Shown one piece after another: positions 19,504-29,453 of a stretch of DNA of 64,000 nucleotides. Numbering within the stretch: the stretch's first letter is position 1; every line of letters starts with the position of its first letter. The position numbers and the translations under genes were made by a program. The notes beneath the pieces were generated by a model that made no database searches, was not told where the DNA came from, and saw only the letters and a program-made list of their open reading frames with translations. The stretch is from an uncultured Bifidobacterium sp. (GTDB lineage: Bacteria; Acidobacteriota; Vicinamibacteria; Vicinamibacterales; CAVVIG01), in NCBI GenBank assembly GCA_964386715.1, contig CAYLTD010000017.1, positions 18,344 to 82,343 of the forward strand, given 5' to 3'.

Positions 19504-21273
19504 CTATTTCACCGTTTCCCGGACGACCTCCTCGAGGGTCGTCACGCCGTTCTTCACCTTGTGGAGGCCGCTCCGGCGGAGCGTGATCATCCCGTCGTCG
19601 ATTGCCTTGCGCCGCAGTTCGAGGCCCGAGGCGCCCACCAGGATCAGCTCGCGGAGTTCCTCGGAGACCTCCATCACCTCGTACAGGCCCACGCGCCCGC
19701 TGTACCCGGTGTTGTTGCACCGGTCGCAGCCGGCGCCCTTCATCGGCTTGACCGACGTCGCTTCGTCGGGCGTGAAGCCCGCCTGGATGAGTGCAGCGGG
19801 GGGCTGCGGGTGCGGTTCCGCGCAGGCCGAGCAGATGCGCCGGACGAGCCGCTGTGCGCAGATCAGATGGACGGAGCTGGCCACCAGGAACGGCTCGATG
19901 CCCATGTTCATGAGCCGGTTGATCGTGCTCGGCGCGTCGTTCGTGTGCAGCGTGGAGAGCACCAGGTGCCCGGTCAGCGCCGCCTTCACGGCAATCTCCG
20001 CCGTCTCGAAATCGCGGATCTCGCCCACGAGAATGATGTTCGGGTCCTGCCGGAGGAACGAGCGCAGCGCCGCCGCGAAGTTCAACCCGATGTTCTCGCG
20101 CACCTGCACCTGGTTGATGCCGACGAGGTTGAACTCGACCGGGTCCTCCGCGGTCATGATGTTGGTCTCGGGCGTGTTGATCTTCGCGATGGACGAGTAG
20201 AGGGTGTTCGTCTTCCCGCTGCCGGTCGGCCCGGTGACGAGGACCATGCCCCAGGGCCGCTTGATCGCCGCCTCGAACTTGGTGAGCGACTCGGGTTCGA
20301 ACCCGAGCCTCGTCATGTCGAGCATCAGCTTGTCGCGGTCCAGGAGGCGCATGACGATCTTCTCGCCGAAGAGCGTCGGAAGGACCGAGACGCGGAAGTC
20401 GATCTCCTTCGGCGTGCCGTGCTCGTTGAAGCGGATCTTGATGCGCCCGTCCTGCGGCAGCCGCTTCTCGGCGATGTCGAGCTTCGACATGATCTTGATG
20501 CGGGACGCGATCGCATCGCGGAACTTCATCGGCGGGCTCATGATGTTGTAGAGGATCCCGTCGATGCGGTAGCGGACGCGCAATTCCTTCTCGTAGGGCT
20601 CGATGTGGATGTCGCTGGCGCCCTTCTGGATCGCCGACATCAGCACGACATTCACCAGCCGGACGACCGGGGCTTCTTCACCCTGCTTGGCGAGGGCCTC
20701 GGCGCTGATCTCCTGCAGTTCCTCGAGCACCTCGACATCGTCCGGGGCGTCGAGCGTCGCCTGCAGTTCCTCGAGGTTCCGGGTGGCGACCTCGAGCGTG
20801 CTCGTCCCGGCGGGCTGCGGGGCGGCGGGTCCGGTCTTGGCGGTCCCTGCGGTGGGGTAGTACTTCTGGATCGCCTGCAGCACCGCCGTCTCGGACGCGA
20901 CGACCGGCTCGACGTTGTAGCCGGTCATGAACTTGATGTCGTCCATCGCGAAGACGTTCGTCGGGTCCGTCATCGCGAGCGTGAGCGTGGAGCCTGATCG
21001 GCTGAGCGGGATGATTTCGTATTTCTGCGCGGTGTCTGCCGGGATGAGTTTCAGGATGGCGGGATCGATGTCGAACTGGGCGAGGTTGATCGAGGGGACA
21101 CCGTACTGGCGGCTCAGGAGCGAGGTGATCTCTTCGTCCTTCACCATCGCGAGCTTGACCAGGTTGTGACCGAGCTTCCCCCCGTTGGCCTTCTGGTAGG
21201 TGAGGGCCTGCTGGAGCTGCTCCGGCGTGATGCGCTTCTCCTTCAGCAGGAGTTCGCCAATGCGGACGGCCAT
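19504..21273 (-). CDS. pilB: type IV pilus assembly ATPase (GspE family)
   Basis: Track ORF 19504..21375 trimmed to MAVRIGELLLKEKRITPEQL (GspII_E N-terminal domain). It has Walker A GPTGSGKTNT and the tetracysteine region CSACAEP...GAGCDRCNNTG. Confidence 0.95.
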   Translation of the reverse strand: MAVRIGELLLKEKRITPEQLQQALTYQKANGGKLGHNLVKLAMVKDEEITSLLSRQYGVPSINLAQFDIDPAILKLIPADTAQKYEIIPLSRSGSTLTLAMTDPTNVFAMDDIKFMTGYNVEPVVASETAVLQAIQKYYPTAGTAKTGPAAPQPAGTSTLEVATRNLEELQATLDAPDDVEVLEELQEISAEALAKQGEEAPVVRLVNVVLMSAIQKGASDIHIEPYEKELRVRYRIDGILYNIMSPPMKFRDAIASRIKIMSKLDIAEKRLPQDGRIKIRFNEHGTPKEIDFRVSVLPTLFGEKIVMRLLDRDKLMLDMTRLGFEPESLTKFEAAIKRPWGMVLVTGPTGSGKTNTLYSSIAKINTPETNIMTAEDPVEFNLVGINQVQVRENIGLNFAAALRSFLRQDPNIILVGEIRDFETAEIAVKAALTGHLVLSTLHTNDAPSTINRLMNMGIEPFLVASSVHLICAQRLVRRICSACAEPHPQPPAALIQAGFTPDEATSVKPMKGAGCDRCNNTGYSGRVGLYEVMEVSEELRELILVGASGLELRRKAIDDGMITLRRSGLHKVKNGVTTLEEVVRETVK

Positions 21274-21304
21274 GGATCGTGTGTCGTTACGCCTCTGAAC
21301 CGGG

Positions 21305-22324
21305 TCAGAACGCCACGCTGACGCTGGTGCCCCACCCTGCCACCGAATCGTCGTGTCCGACCGTCCGTGAGCCATTCACCGACAGCGCGCGCGTCACCGC
21401 CAGGCTGAGGCCGACGCTTCCGGCCGGGCGCCGCTCACCCACCGAGTGGGCCGATACGCCCGCCCGCAGCCCGAGGCGGCCCTTCACCCACGTCTCCGCA
21501 CCGGCAGCCACCCGGCGCTCCTCGCCGAACAGGGTCGGCGTGGTTGTCAGGTCCGCATCCGCCGACACAATCAATCCCTTCATGAGGCTGTTCGGGACGG
21601 TCAGGACCGCGACGCCCACCCGGGCCTTGCGGCGCAGCTCGAAACGGGTCGCCTCGTTTCCGAACGCGGGTTCGAACAGGTTCCGCACGGTGGCGCCCAG
21701 TCGCACGTGTCCGAAGTTCGCCATCGCTCCCAGGTCGAGATCGGCCCGGGTCCCGAGATCCACGTCGAGGGGATGCACGTCCCCGATCGACACGGCACCG
21801 GACCGGCCCTCGGTCATCTGCCCTGCCCGCACCAGCTTCAAGGTGGACCCCACGACGAAGTGCTCGCCGATGGACTGACCCACGGTGACGCCAAGCTGGC
21901 TCACCGAACGCCCGAACACACCGGTCCCCGCGATTCGTGGATCTTGTCGGTCCGCCGGTACGCCCCCTGTAGTGCTCGCGGGCGAGATTTCGGTCAGCCG
22001 GAGGCGGTAGTAGCTGAGGCCCAGGGCCGGGAACGCCACGGCCAGGTTGTTCGCCGTGAGCCGGGCCGCCGGACCGCCATCGGGCGGAGAGCCAGGCTGG
22101 GTGGACTGGGTCCGTTCGACCACCCCGCTGAGATATGCACCGGTGGCCAGGCCCGCCGGATTCCACCAGCTCGCCGTCGCATCGTCGGCCACGGCGACGA
22201 ACGCCCCACCCATGCCCTGTGCTCGGATACCGACGCCTTCGAACGTCTGACCCGCCGCGGAACGGGCACTGGCCAGGAGCACGAGCAACACACAGACACG
22301 CAGACTGATCCCCATATCCCGCAC
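21305..22324 (-). CDS. putative outer-membrane beta-barrel protein (TraF/PorV-like N-terminal motif)
   Basis: Signal peptide (VCVLLVLLASARSAAGQ), then GMGGAFVAVADDATASWWNPAGLA, alternating beta-strand-like sequence and a C-terminal ...VSVAF (aromatic terminus). It lies 31 nt upstream of pilB. Confidence 0.6.
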   Translation of the reverse strand: MRDMGISLRVCVLLVLLASARSAAGQTFEGVGIRAQGMGGAFVAVADDATASWWNPAGLATGAYLSGVVERTQSTQPGSPPDGGPAARLTANNLAVAFPALGLSYYRLRLTEISPASTTGGVPADRQDPRIAGTGVFGRSVSQLGVTVGQSIGEHFVVGSTLKLVRAGQMTEGRSGAVSIGDVHPLDVDLGTRADLDLGAMANFGHVRLGATVRNLFEPAFGNEATRFELRRKARVGVAVLTVPNSLMKGLIVSADADLTTTPTLFGEERRVAAGAETWVKGRLGLRAGVSAHSVGERRPAGSVGLSLAVTRALSVNGSRTVGHDDSVAGWGTSVSVAF

Positions 22325-22469
22325 TTATCGGCAGAAGTGGGTAAATGCGTCACGGGCGGGCGCACGGGCGGCTTTGTCGAACGCGGTCAGGCCCCGGCCT
22401 GGGCCGAGATCCGCGCGGCAGGCTTCAGGGCTGCACACCTGCCCGATTGGGGCGATCGCGACGGCCGTG

Positions 22470-22508
22470 GTAAGTTAGGGGTGTTAACCATTAGTTCGCC
22501 TAACCAGA
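22470..22508. promoter_or_regulatory. AT-rich pseudo-palindromic stretch, candidate MarR operator/promoter
   Basis: GTAAGTTAGGGGTGTTAACCATTAGTTCGCCTAACCAGA lies immediately before the MarR ATG. It contains TTAGG...CCTAA arms around GTTAAC. I see no clear SD sequence. Confidence 0.3.
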
Positions 22509-22994
22509 ATGCCGCGCACGCCGGGCCGGGAAGCCGCACGAGAAATCCTGAGCATCATTCCGCTGGTCATGCGCAGCGTTGCGGCGGAGCTGCGCGCGGC
22601 CGGGGAGATGCCGGCACCGGCCCACTTCGGCCTGCTGACGCTGCTGAACGACCAGCCGCGCACGCTCACCGAGCTGGCCCTGCTTCAGGGCGTCAGCCTG
22701 CCGACGATGTCCAATTCGATCTCGACGCTGGTGGACCGCGGGTGGGCTCGGCGCTCGTCGCCAGCCAAGGACAGGCGCGTGGTGCTGGTGGAAATCACCG
22801 CGATCGGCCAGGCCACGGTCCAGCGCGTCGGGCGCGCGGCTGAACAGCACCTCAACGAACGCCTGGCGGGCCTCGACGCCGCGGCCCGCGGCCGACTGCG
22901 CGAGGGGCTCGCGGTACTGCGGCAGGTCTTCGAGGCTGCACCGCCGGGCCGCGTCCGCCGGACGGGGACGCGGCCTCGCAGAACCTCGACGTAA
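22509..22994 (+). CDS. MarR-family transcriptional regulator
   Basis: 161 aa with a winged-helix region: HFGLLTLLNDQPRTLTELALLQGVSLPTMSNSISTLVDRGWARR..DRRVVLVEITAIG. Confidence 0.85.
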   Translation: MPRTPGREAAREILSIIPLVMRSVAAELRAAGEMPAPAHFGLLTLLNDQPRTLTELALLQGVSLPTMSNSISTLVDRGWARRSSPAKDRRVVLVEITAIGQATVQRVGRAAEQHLNERLAGLDAAARGRLREGLAVLRQVFEAAPPGRVRRTGTRPRRTST

Positions 22995-23090
22995 GGTTCC
23001 GCGTCTAACTTCGATGAGTTTCCCCGTTTCCTCCCACGACGACACCCGCGGCTGAAGGCCCCGCGGCGTCGGCAATCCTGGAGCTATTGC

Positions 23091-24464
23091 GTGAGTCGCA
23101 GGACGATTCTGGTTGGCGTCGGCGTCGTGATTGTGGCTGCGGCAGCGGCCGGAGCCCGGCTGTACTTCAAGCCGGCTCCGGGCCCGACTGTCACGGTCGA
23201 AGCCATACGGTCGCGGGATCTGCAGGCCATCGTCTCGGCCTCCGGCAAGATTCAACCCAAGCGGCTGGTCAACATCAGCGCCGACACCTCCGGCCGGGTC
23301 GTCGACCTCGCCGTGAACGAGGGCGACCGGGTCACCCGAGGCCAGTTCCTGCTGCAGATCGACCCAAAGTCGCTGCGGACGCGCGTGGACAGCGGCAGCG
23401 CGTCGCTGCAGGCGGCCGAGAGTTCGCTCGAGCAGCAGCGGCAGTCGGTCGAGACCGCCCGCGTGCAGGTGGAGCTCGCCCAGAAGAACCTGGCGCGTCA
23501 GCGAGAGCTCTGGGGACAGCAGCTCACGACCCGGGAGCAACTCGACCGCGCGGAGACGGACCTGCGCGCCGCGGAATCAGCGCTCCGTGAACGCGAGAAG
23601 CAGGTGAACGCCCAGGCGGCACGCATCAACCAGGAGCGTGCCTCACTCGAGAGCGCGCGTTACGACCTGAGCAAGGTCCGCATCGAATCGCCGATCGACG
23701 GGATCGTCACCCGCCGGAACATCCAGGAAGGCGAGACGGCCGTGATCGGCACCATGAACAACGCCGGCACCGTCCTCCTCACCCTCGCGGACATGTCGAT
23801 CATCCAGGCCGAGGTGGAGGTCGACGAGACGAACATTCCCAACGTGAGCATCGGGCAGCCGGCGGTCGTGACGGTCGATGCGCTCCCGGATCGCACCTTC
23901 CGCGGGCACGTCAGCGAGATCGGCAACAGCCCGATCCAGCCGACCAGCGGCACGGGCGGCGCCAGCCAGTCCACCCAGGCCACGAACTTCAAGGTGGTCG
24001 TCACGCTGGACGAACCCATTCCCGACGTGCGGCCGGGATTCACCTGCACGGCCGACATCACGACCGCCACGCGGTCCAGCGTTTCGGCTGTGCCCATTCC
24101 GGCGGTCGCCGTACGCGAGCTCGTCTATGACAGCGCCGGCAACGTGGTGAAGCAGCCCAAGGTGGAGAAGAAGCGGCAGGGCTGGTTCCCGTCGCCCACC
24201 GCGAGTGCCGCCGAACCTGCGCCGGTCGTGGAACTCGAGCCCGGCCAGACGCGCAAGGAAGTGGAGGGCGTGTTCGTTCGGCGCGGCGCCACTGTCGTGT
24301 TCGTGCCGATCAAGCTGGGGATCTCGGGGGACCGGTACTTCGAGGTACTGGACGGCCTCAAGCCGGGCGACGAGGTGGTGACCGGGCCATACAACTCCGT
24401 GCGCGGACTGGCCGACGGGGACGAGATCGTCGTCGAGCCGAAGCCGACATCCACAGGTCGCTGA
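23091..24464 (+). CDS. periplasmic adaptor (HlyD/MacA family membrane fusion protein)
   Basis: GTG start and an N-terminal TM segment. It has a lipoyl-like motif (ISADTSGRVVDLAVNEGDRVTRGQFLLQID), a long coiled-coil and a beta-barrel region. GGAG lies upstream. Confidence 0.85.
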   Translation: MSRRTILVGVGVVIVAAAAAGARLYFKPAPGPTVTVEAIRSRDLQAIVSASGKIQPKRLVNISADTSGRVVDLAVNEGDRVTRGQFLLQIDPKSLRTRVDSGSASLQAAESSLEQQRQSVETARVQVELAQKNLARQRELWGQQLTTREQLDRAETDLRAAESALREREKQVNAQAARINQERASLESARYDLSKVRIESPIDGIVTRRNIQEGETAVIGTMNNAGTVLLTLADMSIIQAEVEVDETNIPNVSIGQPAVVTVDALPDRTFRGHVSEIGNSPIQPTSGTGGASQSTQATNFKVVVTLDEPIPDVRPGFTCTADITTATRSSVSAVPIPAVAVRELVYDSAGNVVKQPKVEKKRQGWFPSPTASAAEPAPVVELEPGQTRKEVEGVFVRRGATVVFVPIKLGISGDRYFEVLDGLKPGDEVVTGPYNSVRGLADGDEIVVEPKPTSTGR

Positions 24465-24469
24465 TCCGC

Positions 24470-25699
<1,230 letters not shown>

Positions 25700-25756
25700 C
25701 ACGACCCGGCCACGCACTGAGCGCCGCCACGGACTTTCTCTCCGGGTGAACCGCCG

Positions 25757-27046
25757 ATGCGCCTGACCCTGCTCGGCGAGATCGTCACCATGGCGTTCGA
25801 CACGGTGCGGAGCAACAAGCTCCGCTCGGCGCTCACCGTGCTCGGCGTGGTCATCGGCATCACCTCGATCGTCGGCATGACGGCGATGATCCGGGGTTTC
25901 GACCAGTCGCTGCGCGACGCCATCGGGGCCATCGGCCCCAACACGATTTTCGTCCAGCGCTTCGGCGTCACCAGCTTCGCGAGCGGTGCGGAGTTCCGCG
26001 AACTGCTGAAGCGGCCCAACCTGACGGTGTCCGACGCGCGCGCCATCGAGCAGCAGGCGGGATCGATCCAGCTCGTCGACATCCAGCTGGGCGCGGGTGG
26101 CCCGCCCACGACGCGGCGCGTCTTCTACCGGGACCAGCGCACGCGGCCGCTGGTCGTCTTCGGCACGACCGAGAACTTCGCCGAAGGCACGAAGATTCCG
26201 ATGATCGCGGGCCGGTTCTTCAACGGCACCGAGGTGCAGTACCGGCGGAACGTGGCGGTGATCGGCAACTCGCCCTACGAACTGCTCTTCGGTGCCCGCG
26301 GTACCGACCCGCTCGGCAAGTTCATCAGGGTGGGGCCGGAGCGCTTCGAGGTGGTGGGCGTCTTCGACAAGCGTCCGGCGGCCGGGGGGTTCAACCTCGG
26401 TCAGGACGACTTTGTGGTGATTCCGTACAGTGCGTACCAGCGCGTGTTCGGCCTGAACGCGGTGCGCGTCAACCGGAATGCCACGTTCCTGCCCATCCAG
26501 ATCGCCATGCTGCCGCGGGAGGGGGTCGCGACAGAGGAGGCGATCGCCGAGGTGGAGCGCGTCATGCGCATTCGCCACGGCCTCCGGCTCGATGAACCGA
26601 ACGACTTCGATGTCGTCACCCAGGACGCCGTGCTGAAGCTCTGGGATCAGATCAGCCAGGGCACCTTCTTCGGGCTCATCGTGATCTCGTCCATCGCGCT
26701 GATGGTGGGCGGGATCGGGGTGATGGCGATCATGTCGATATCGGTCACCGAGCGGACCCGGGAAATCGGGGTGCGCAAGGCCCTCGGCGCGCGGCGGTCC
26801 GAGATCCTGTTCCAGTTCCTCATGGAGGCCGCGTTCCTCACCTCCCTGGGCGGCCTGCTCGGCATCCTGCTGGGCAGCCTGATCGGCTACGCCGTCCACC
26901 TCCTGTCCGGATTCCCCATTTCCCTGCCGTGGTGGTCGTTCGCGATCGGCCTGGGGTTCTCGGCGTCGGTCGGCATCTTCTTCGGGATGTGGCCGGCGGT
27001 GAAGGCCTCGCGACTCGACCCGATCGAAGCCCTCCGCTACGAGTAG
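25757..27046 (+). CDS. MacB/FtsX-type ABC transporter permease, paralog
   Basis: 429 aa with the same architecture as the upstream permease: LRSALTVLGVVIGITSIVGM ... EIGVRKALGARRSEI ... ASRLDPIEALRYE. Confidence 0.85.
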   Translation: MRLTLLGEIVTMAFDTVRSNKLRSALTVLGVVIGITSIVGMTAMIRGFDQSLRDAIGAIGPNTIFVQRFGVTSFASGAEFRELLKRPNLTVSDARAIEQQAGSIQLVDIQLGAGGPPTTRRVFYRDQRTRPLVVFGTTENFAEGTKIPMIAGRFFNGTEVQYRRNVAVIGNSPYELLFGARGTDPLGKFIRVGPERFEVVGVFDKRPAAGGFNLGQDDFVVIPYSAYQRVFGLNAVRVNRNATFLPIQIAMLPREGVATEEAIAEVERVMRIRHGLRLDEPNDFDVVTQDAVLKLWDQISQGTFFGLIVISSIALMVGGIGVMAIMSISVTERTREIGVRKALGARRSEILFQFLMEAAFLTSLGGLLGILLGSLIGYAVHLLSGFPISLPWWSFAIGLGFSASVGIFFGMWPAVKASRLDPIEALRYE

Positions 27047-27157
27047 CGACGCCGCACGGGCGGCCGCCTCGCCGCGTCCGGGTTGACGCACCTCGCGTCC
27101 CTCCGCCTGTGACTTGCGCCGCACGACTTCGGTATGATGCGCCTTCAGGGGGCCTCC

Positions 27158-29254
27158 ATGAAGGTCTACGACGCGTCTGCGATCCGCAACATCGCCCTGG
27201 TCGGGCATTCCGGTTCAGGCAAGACCCAGCTCACCTCGGCCATCCTGTCCGATGCAGGCATGGTCAACCGCTTCGGCAGGGTCGACGAGGGCACCAGCAT
27301 CACCGACTTCGACGAGGAGGAGATTGCCAGGAAGCACACGCTGTCGGCGAGCCTGGCATACGCCGAGTGGAACAAGCAGAAGATCAACCTGATTGACACG
27401 CCCGGCATGGGCAACTTCATCAGTGATGCGCAGTCCGCGCTGCACGTGGTGGACGCCGCGGTGGTCGTGGTGGATGCCGTCGCCGGCGTCATGGTGCAGA
27501 CCGAGAAGGTGTGGGCGATCGCCGCGGAACTGGGACTGCCCCGCATCGTGGTGGTGAACCGGCTCGATCGCGAGCGCGCCAGCCTCGATCGTACCCTCCA
27601 GGGCCTCCGCGAGTCGCTGAGCCGGAACGTGATCCCGGTCCAGTTCCCCATCGGCGAGGAAAAGGGCTTTCGCGGCGTCGTCGACCTGATCACCCGTACT
27701 GCCTTCCTGGCGGCCAGCGACGGCAGCGGGAAGTTCAAGGTGGACGCGGTCCCCGGCGAGATTGCTGGCGCGGTCGATCACGCGCGTGAGGCGCTGATCG
27801 AGATGGTCGCCGAATCCGACGAGCACCTCATGGAGCGGTTCTTCGAGGCCGGCACGCTCTCGGACGAGGAACTGGTCTCGGGACTGCACAAGGCCACCGC
27901 GGCCGGCGCGCTGTTCCCGCTCGTCTGCACATCGGCACTGGGCAACGTGGGCGTCCCGCAGTTGCTCGACACGGTCGCCACGCTGGTTCCGCCTCCGGAC
28001 GAACGGCCGTTTGGCGGGCACGACAAGGCGGGCACGGCCGTGTCGCGCACCGCGGACGACAAGGCCCCGGCGACGGCCTTCGTGTTCAAGACGATCGCGG
28101 ATCCGTTCGCGGGGCGAATCACGCTGTTCCGCGTGGTGTCGGGCACGCTGAAGTCGGACTCCGCCGTGCACAACCGGACGCGCGACCTGCCGGAGCGGCT
28201 CGGCTCGCTGCAGTTGCTGCAGGGGAAGACCCCCACGGCGGTGCCCGAGATCAAGGCCGGTGACATCGGCTCGGTGGCGAAGTTGAAGGACACGCTGACC
28301 AACGACACGATCGGGGACAAGGCCGATGCGGTCGTGTTTGCGCCGATCACGTTCGCCGAGCCGGTGCTCTCGTACGCGATCGAGCCAAAGAGCCGCGGCG
28401 ACGAAGACAAGATCAGCACGTCGATGCACCGCCTCGAGGAAGAAGACCCGACGATCCGCTACAGCCGCGACCCGCAGACCAAGGAACTGCTGCTGTCGGG
28501 GCAGGGGCAACTGCACATCGAAGTGACGGTCGCGAAACTGAAGCGACGGTTCGGCGTGGACGTCAACCTGAAGCCGCCACGGATCCCCTATCGGGAGACG
28601 ATCAGGGCCGCCACCGAGGCGCACGGCCGCCACAAGAAGCAGACGGGCGGACACGGCCAGTTCGGCGACTGCAAGATTCGCGTCGAGCCGCTGCCGCGCG
28701 GCTCGGATTTCGAGTTCGTGGACGACATCTTTGGCGGCGCGATTCCGAGGCAGTTCGTGCCTGCGGTCGAGAAGGGAATCCAGGACGCTCGGGCCCGCGG
28801 CTACCTCGCGGGGTATCCGATGGTGGACTTCCGCGTCACGGTCTTCGACGGGTCGTACCACGACGTGGACTCCAACGAGCTCTCGTTCAAGATGGCCGGC
28901 TCGCTGGCCTTCAAGGATGCGATGACGCGGGCTCGCCCCACCATCCTCGAGCCGGTGATGACCGTGGAGGTGTATGCGCCGTCAGACTTCGCCGGCGACC
29001 TGATGGGCGACCTCAACGGGCGGCGCGGTCGCATCGCCGGCATGGACACCCGTGGCGCCATGACCATCATCAAGGCACAGGTGCCGATGGCGGAGATGCT
29101 GACCTACGAGCAGCACCTCACCTCGGCCACTGGCGGGCGCGGCTCGTACCACATGGAGTACTCGCACTACGACGAGGTGCCCTCGCATCTGCAGACGAAG
29201 ATCATCGCTGCGGCGAAGGCGGAGCGGACAGGCGTCGAGGTCGAAGAAGTGTAG
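27158..29254 (+). CDS. elongation factor G paralog (EF-G2-like translational GTPase)
   Basis: Track ORF 27134..29254 trimmed to MKVYDASAIRNIALVGHSGSGKT. It has G1 GHSGSGKT, G3 DTPG, G4 NRLD and the domain IV motif [13 protein letters not shown]. It is distinct from the canonical fusA at 45806..47914. Confidence 0.85.
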   Translation: MKVYDASAIRNIALVGHSGSGKTQLTSAILSDAGMVNRFGRVDEGTSITDFDEEEIARKHTLSASLAYAEWNKQKINLIDTPGMGNFISDAQSALHVVDAAVVVVDAVAGVMVQTEKVWAIAAELGLPRIVVVNRLDRERASLDRTLQGLRESLSRNVIPVQFPIGEEKGFRGVVDLITRTAFLAASDGSGKFKVDAVPGEIAGAVDHAREALIEMVAESDEHLMERFFEAGTLSDEELVSGLHKATAAGALFPLVCTSALGNVGVPQLLDTVATLVPPPDERPFGGHDKAGTAVSRTADDKAPATAFVFKTIADPFAGRITLFRVVSGTLKSDSAVHNRTRDLPERLGSLQLLQGKTPTAVPEIKAGDIGSVAKLKDTLTNDTIGDKADAVVFAPITFAEPVLSYAIEPKSRGDEDKISTSMHRLEEEDPTIRYSRDPQTKELLLSGQGQLHIEVTVAKLKRRFGVDVNLKPPRIPYRETIRAATEAHGRHKKQTGGHGQFGDCKIRVEPLPRGSDFEFVDDIFGGAIPRQFVPAVEKGIQDARARGYLAGYPMVDFRVTVFDGSYHDVDSNELSFKMAGSLAFKDAMTRARPTILEPVMTVEVYAPSDFAGDLMGDLNGRRGRIAGMDTRGAMTIIKAQVPMAEMLTYEQHLTSATGGRGSYHMEYSHYDEVPSHLQTKIIAAAKAERTGVEVEEV

Positions 29255-29339
29255 AACCGGGAGGGCGTGGAGCCGTGGGAGCGAGGGCTGAAGCCCTGCG
29301 GCCGCGTGGAGACTGAAGATCTGTGTTGGCCGGTCGAGA

Positions 29340-29378
29340 TTGAAGACTTCAGAGGTGCGACCACCCTGAAGTCTTCAA
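29340..29378. terminator. perfect 13-bp hairpin between the convergent EF-G2 and rplQ genes
   Basis: TTGAAGACTTCAG - 13-nt loop - CTGAAGTCTTCAA. There is no clear U tract. Confidence 0.45.
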
Positions 29379-29406
29379 CCTGCGGTCGGCAATCGAGCGC
29401 TCTGAA

Positions 29407-29433
29407 CCTCACACTGCCATGTGCAGTGTGAGG
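29407..29433. terminator. perfect 11-bp hairpin 20 nt downstream of the rplQ stop
   Basis: CCTCACACTGC - catgt - GCAGTGTGAGG. There is no clear U tract. Confidence 0.45.
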
Positions 29434-29453
29434 GCGCCAGAACCTCCCGGCGA

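Noticed and set aside
20290-20307. Perfect 18-nt palindrome CTCGGGTTCGAACCCGAG, containing the GGTTCGAA motif reminiscent of a tRNA T-arm.
   Set aside because: It lies inside the conserved pilB coding frame. No acceptor or anticodon arms can be drawn around it. I found no tRNA gene anywhere in the window.
27134-27157. The upstream ATG at 27134 as the start of the EF-G paralog (the track's start).
   Set aside because: That ATG lies inside the TATGAT -10-like box. The ATG at 27158 is preceded by GGGGG and gives the usual short distance to the P-loop (MKVYDASAIRNIALVGHSGSGKT).
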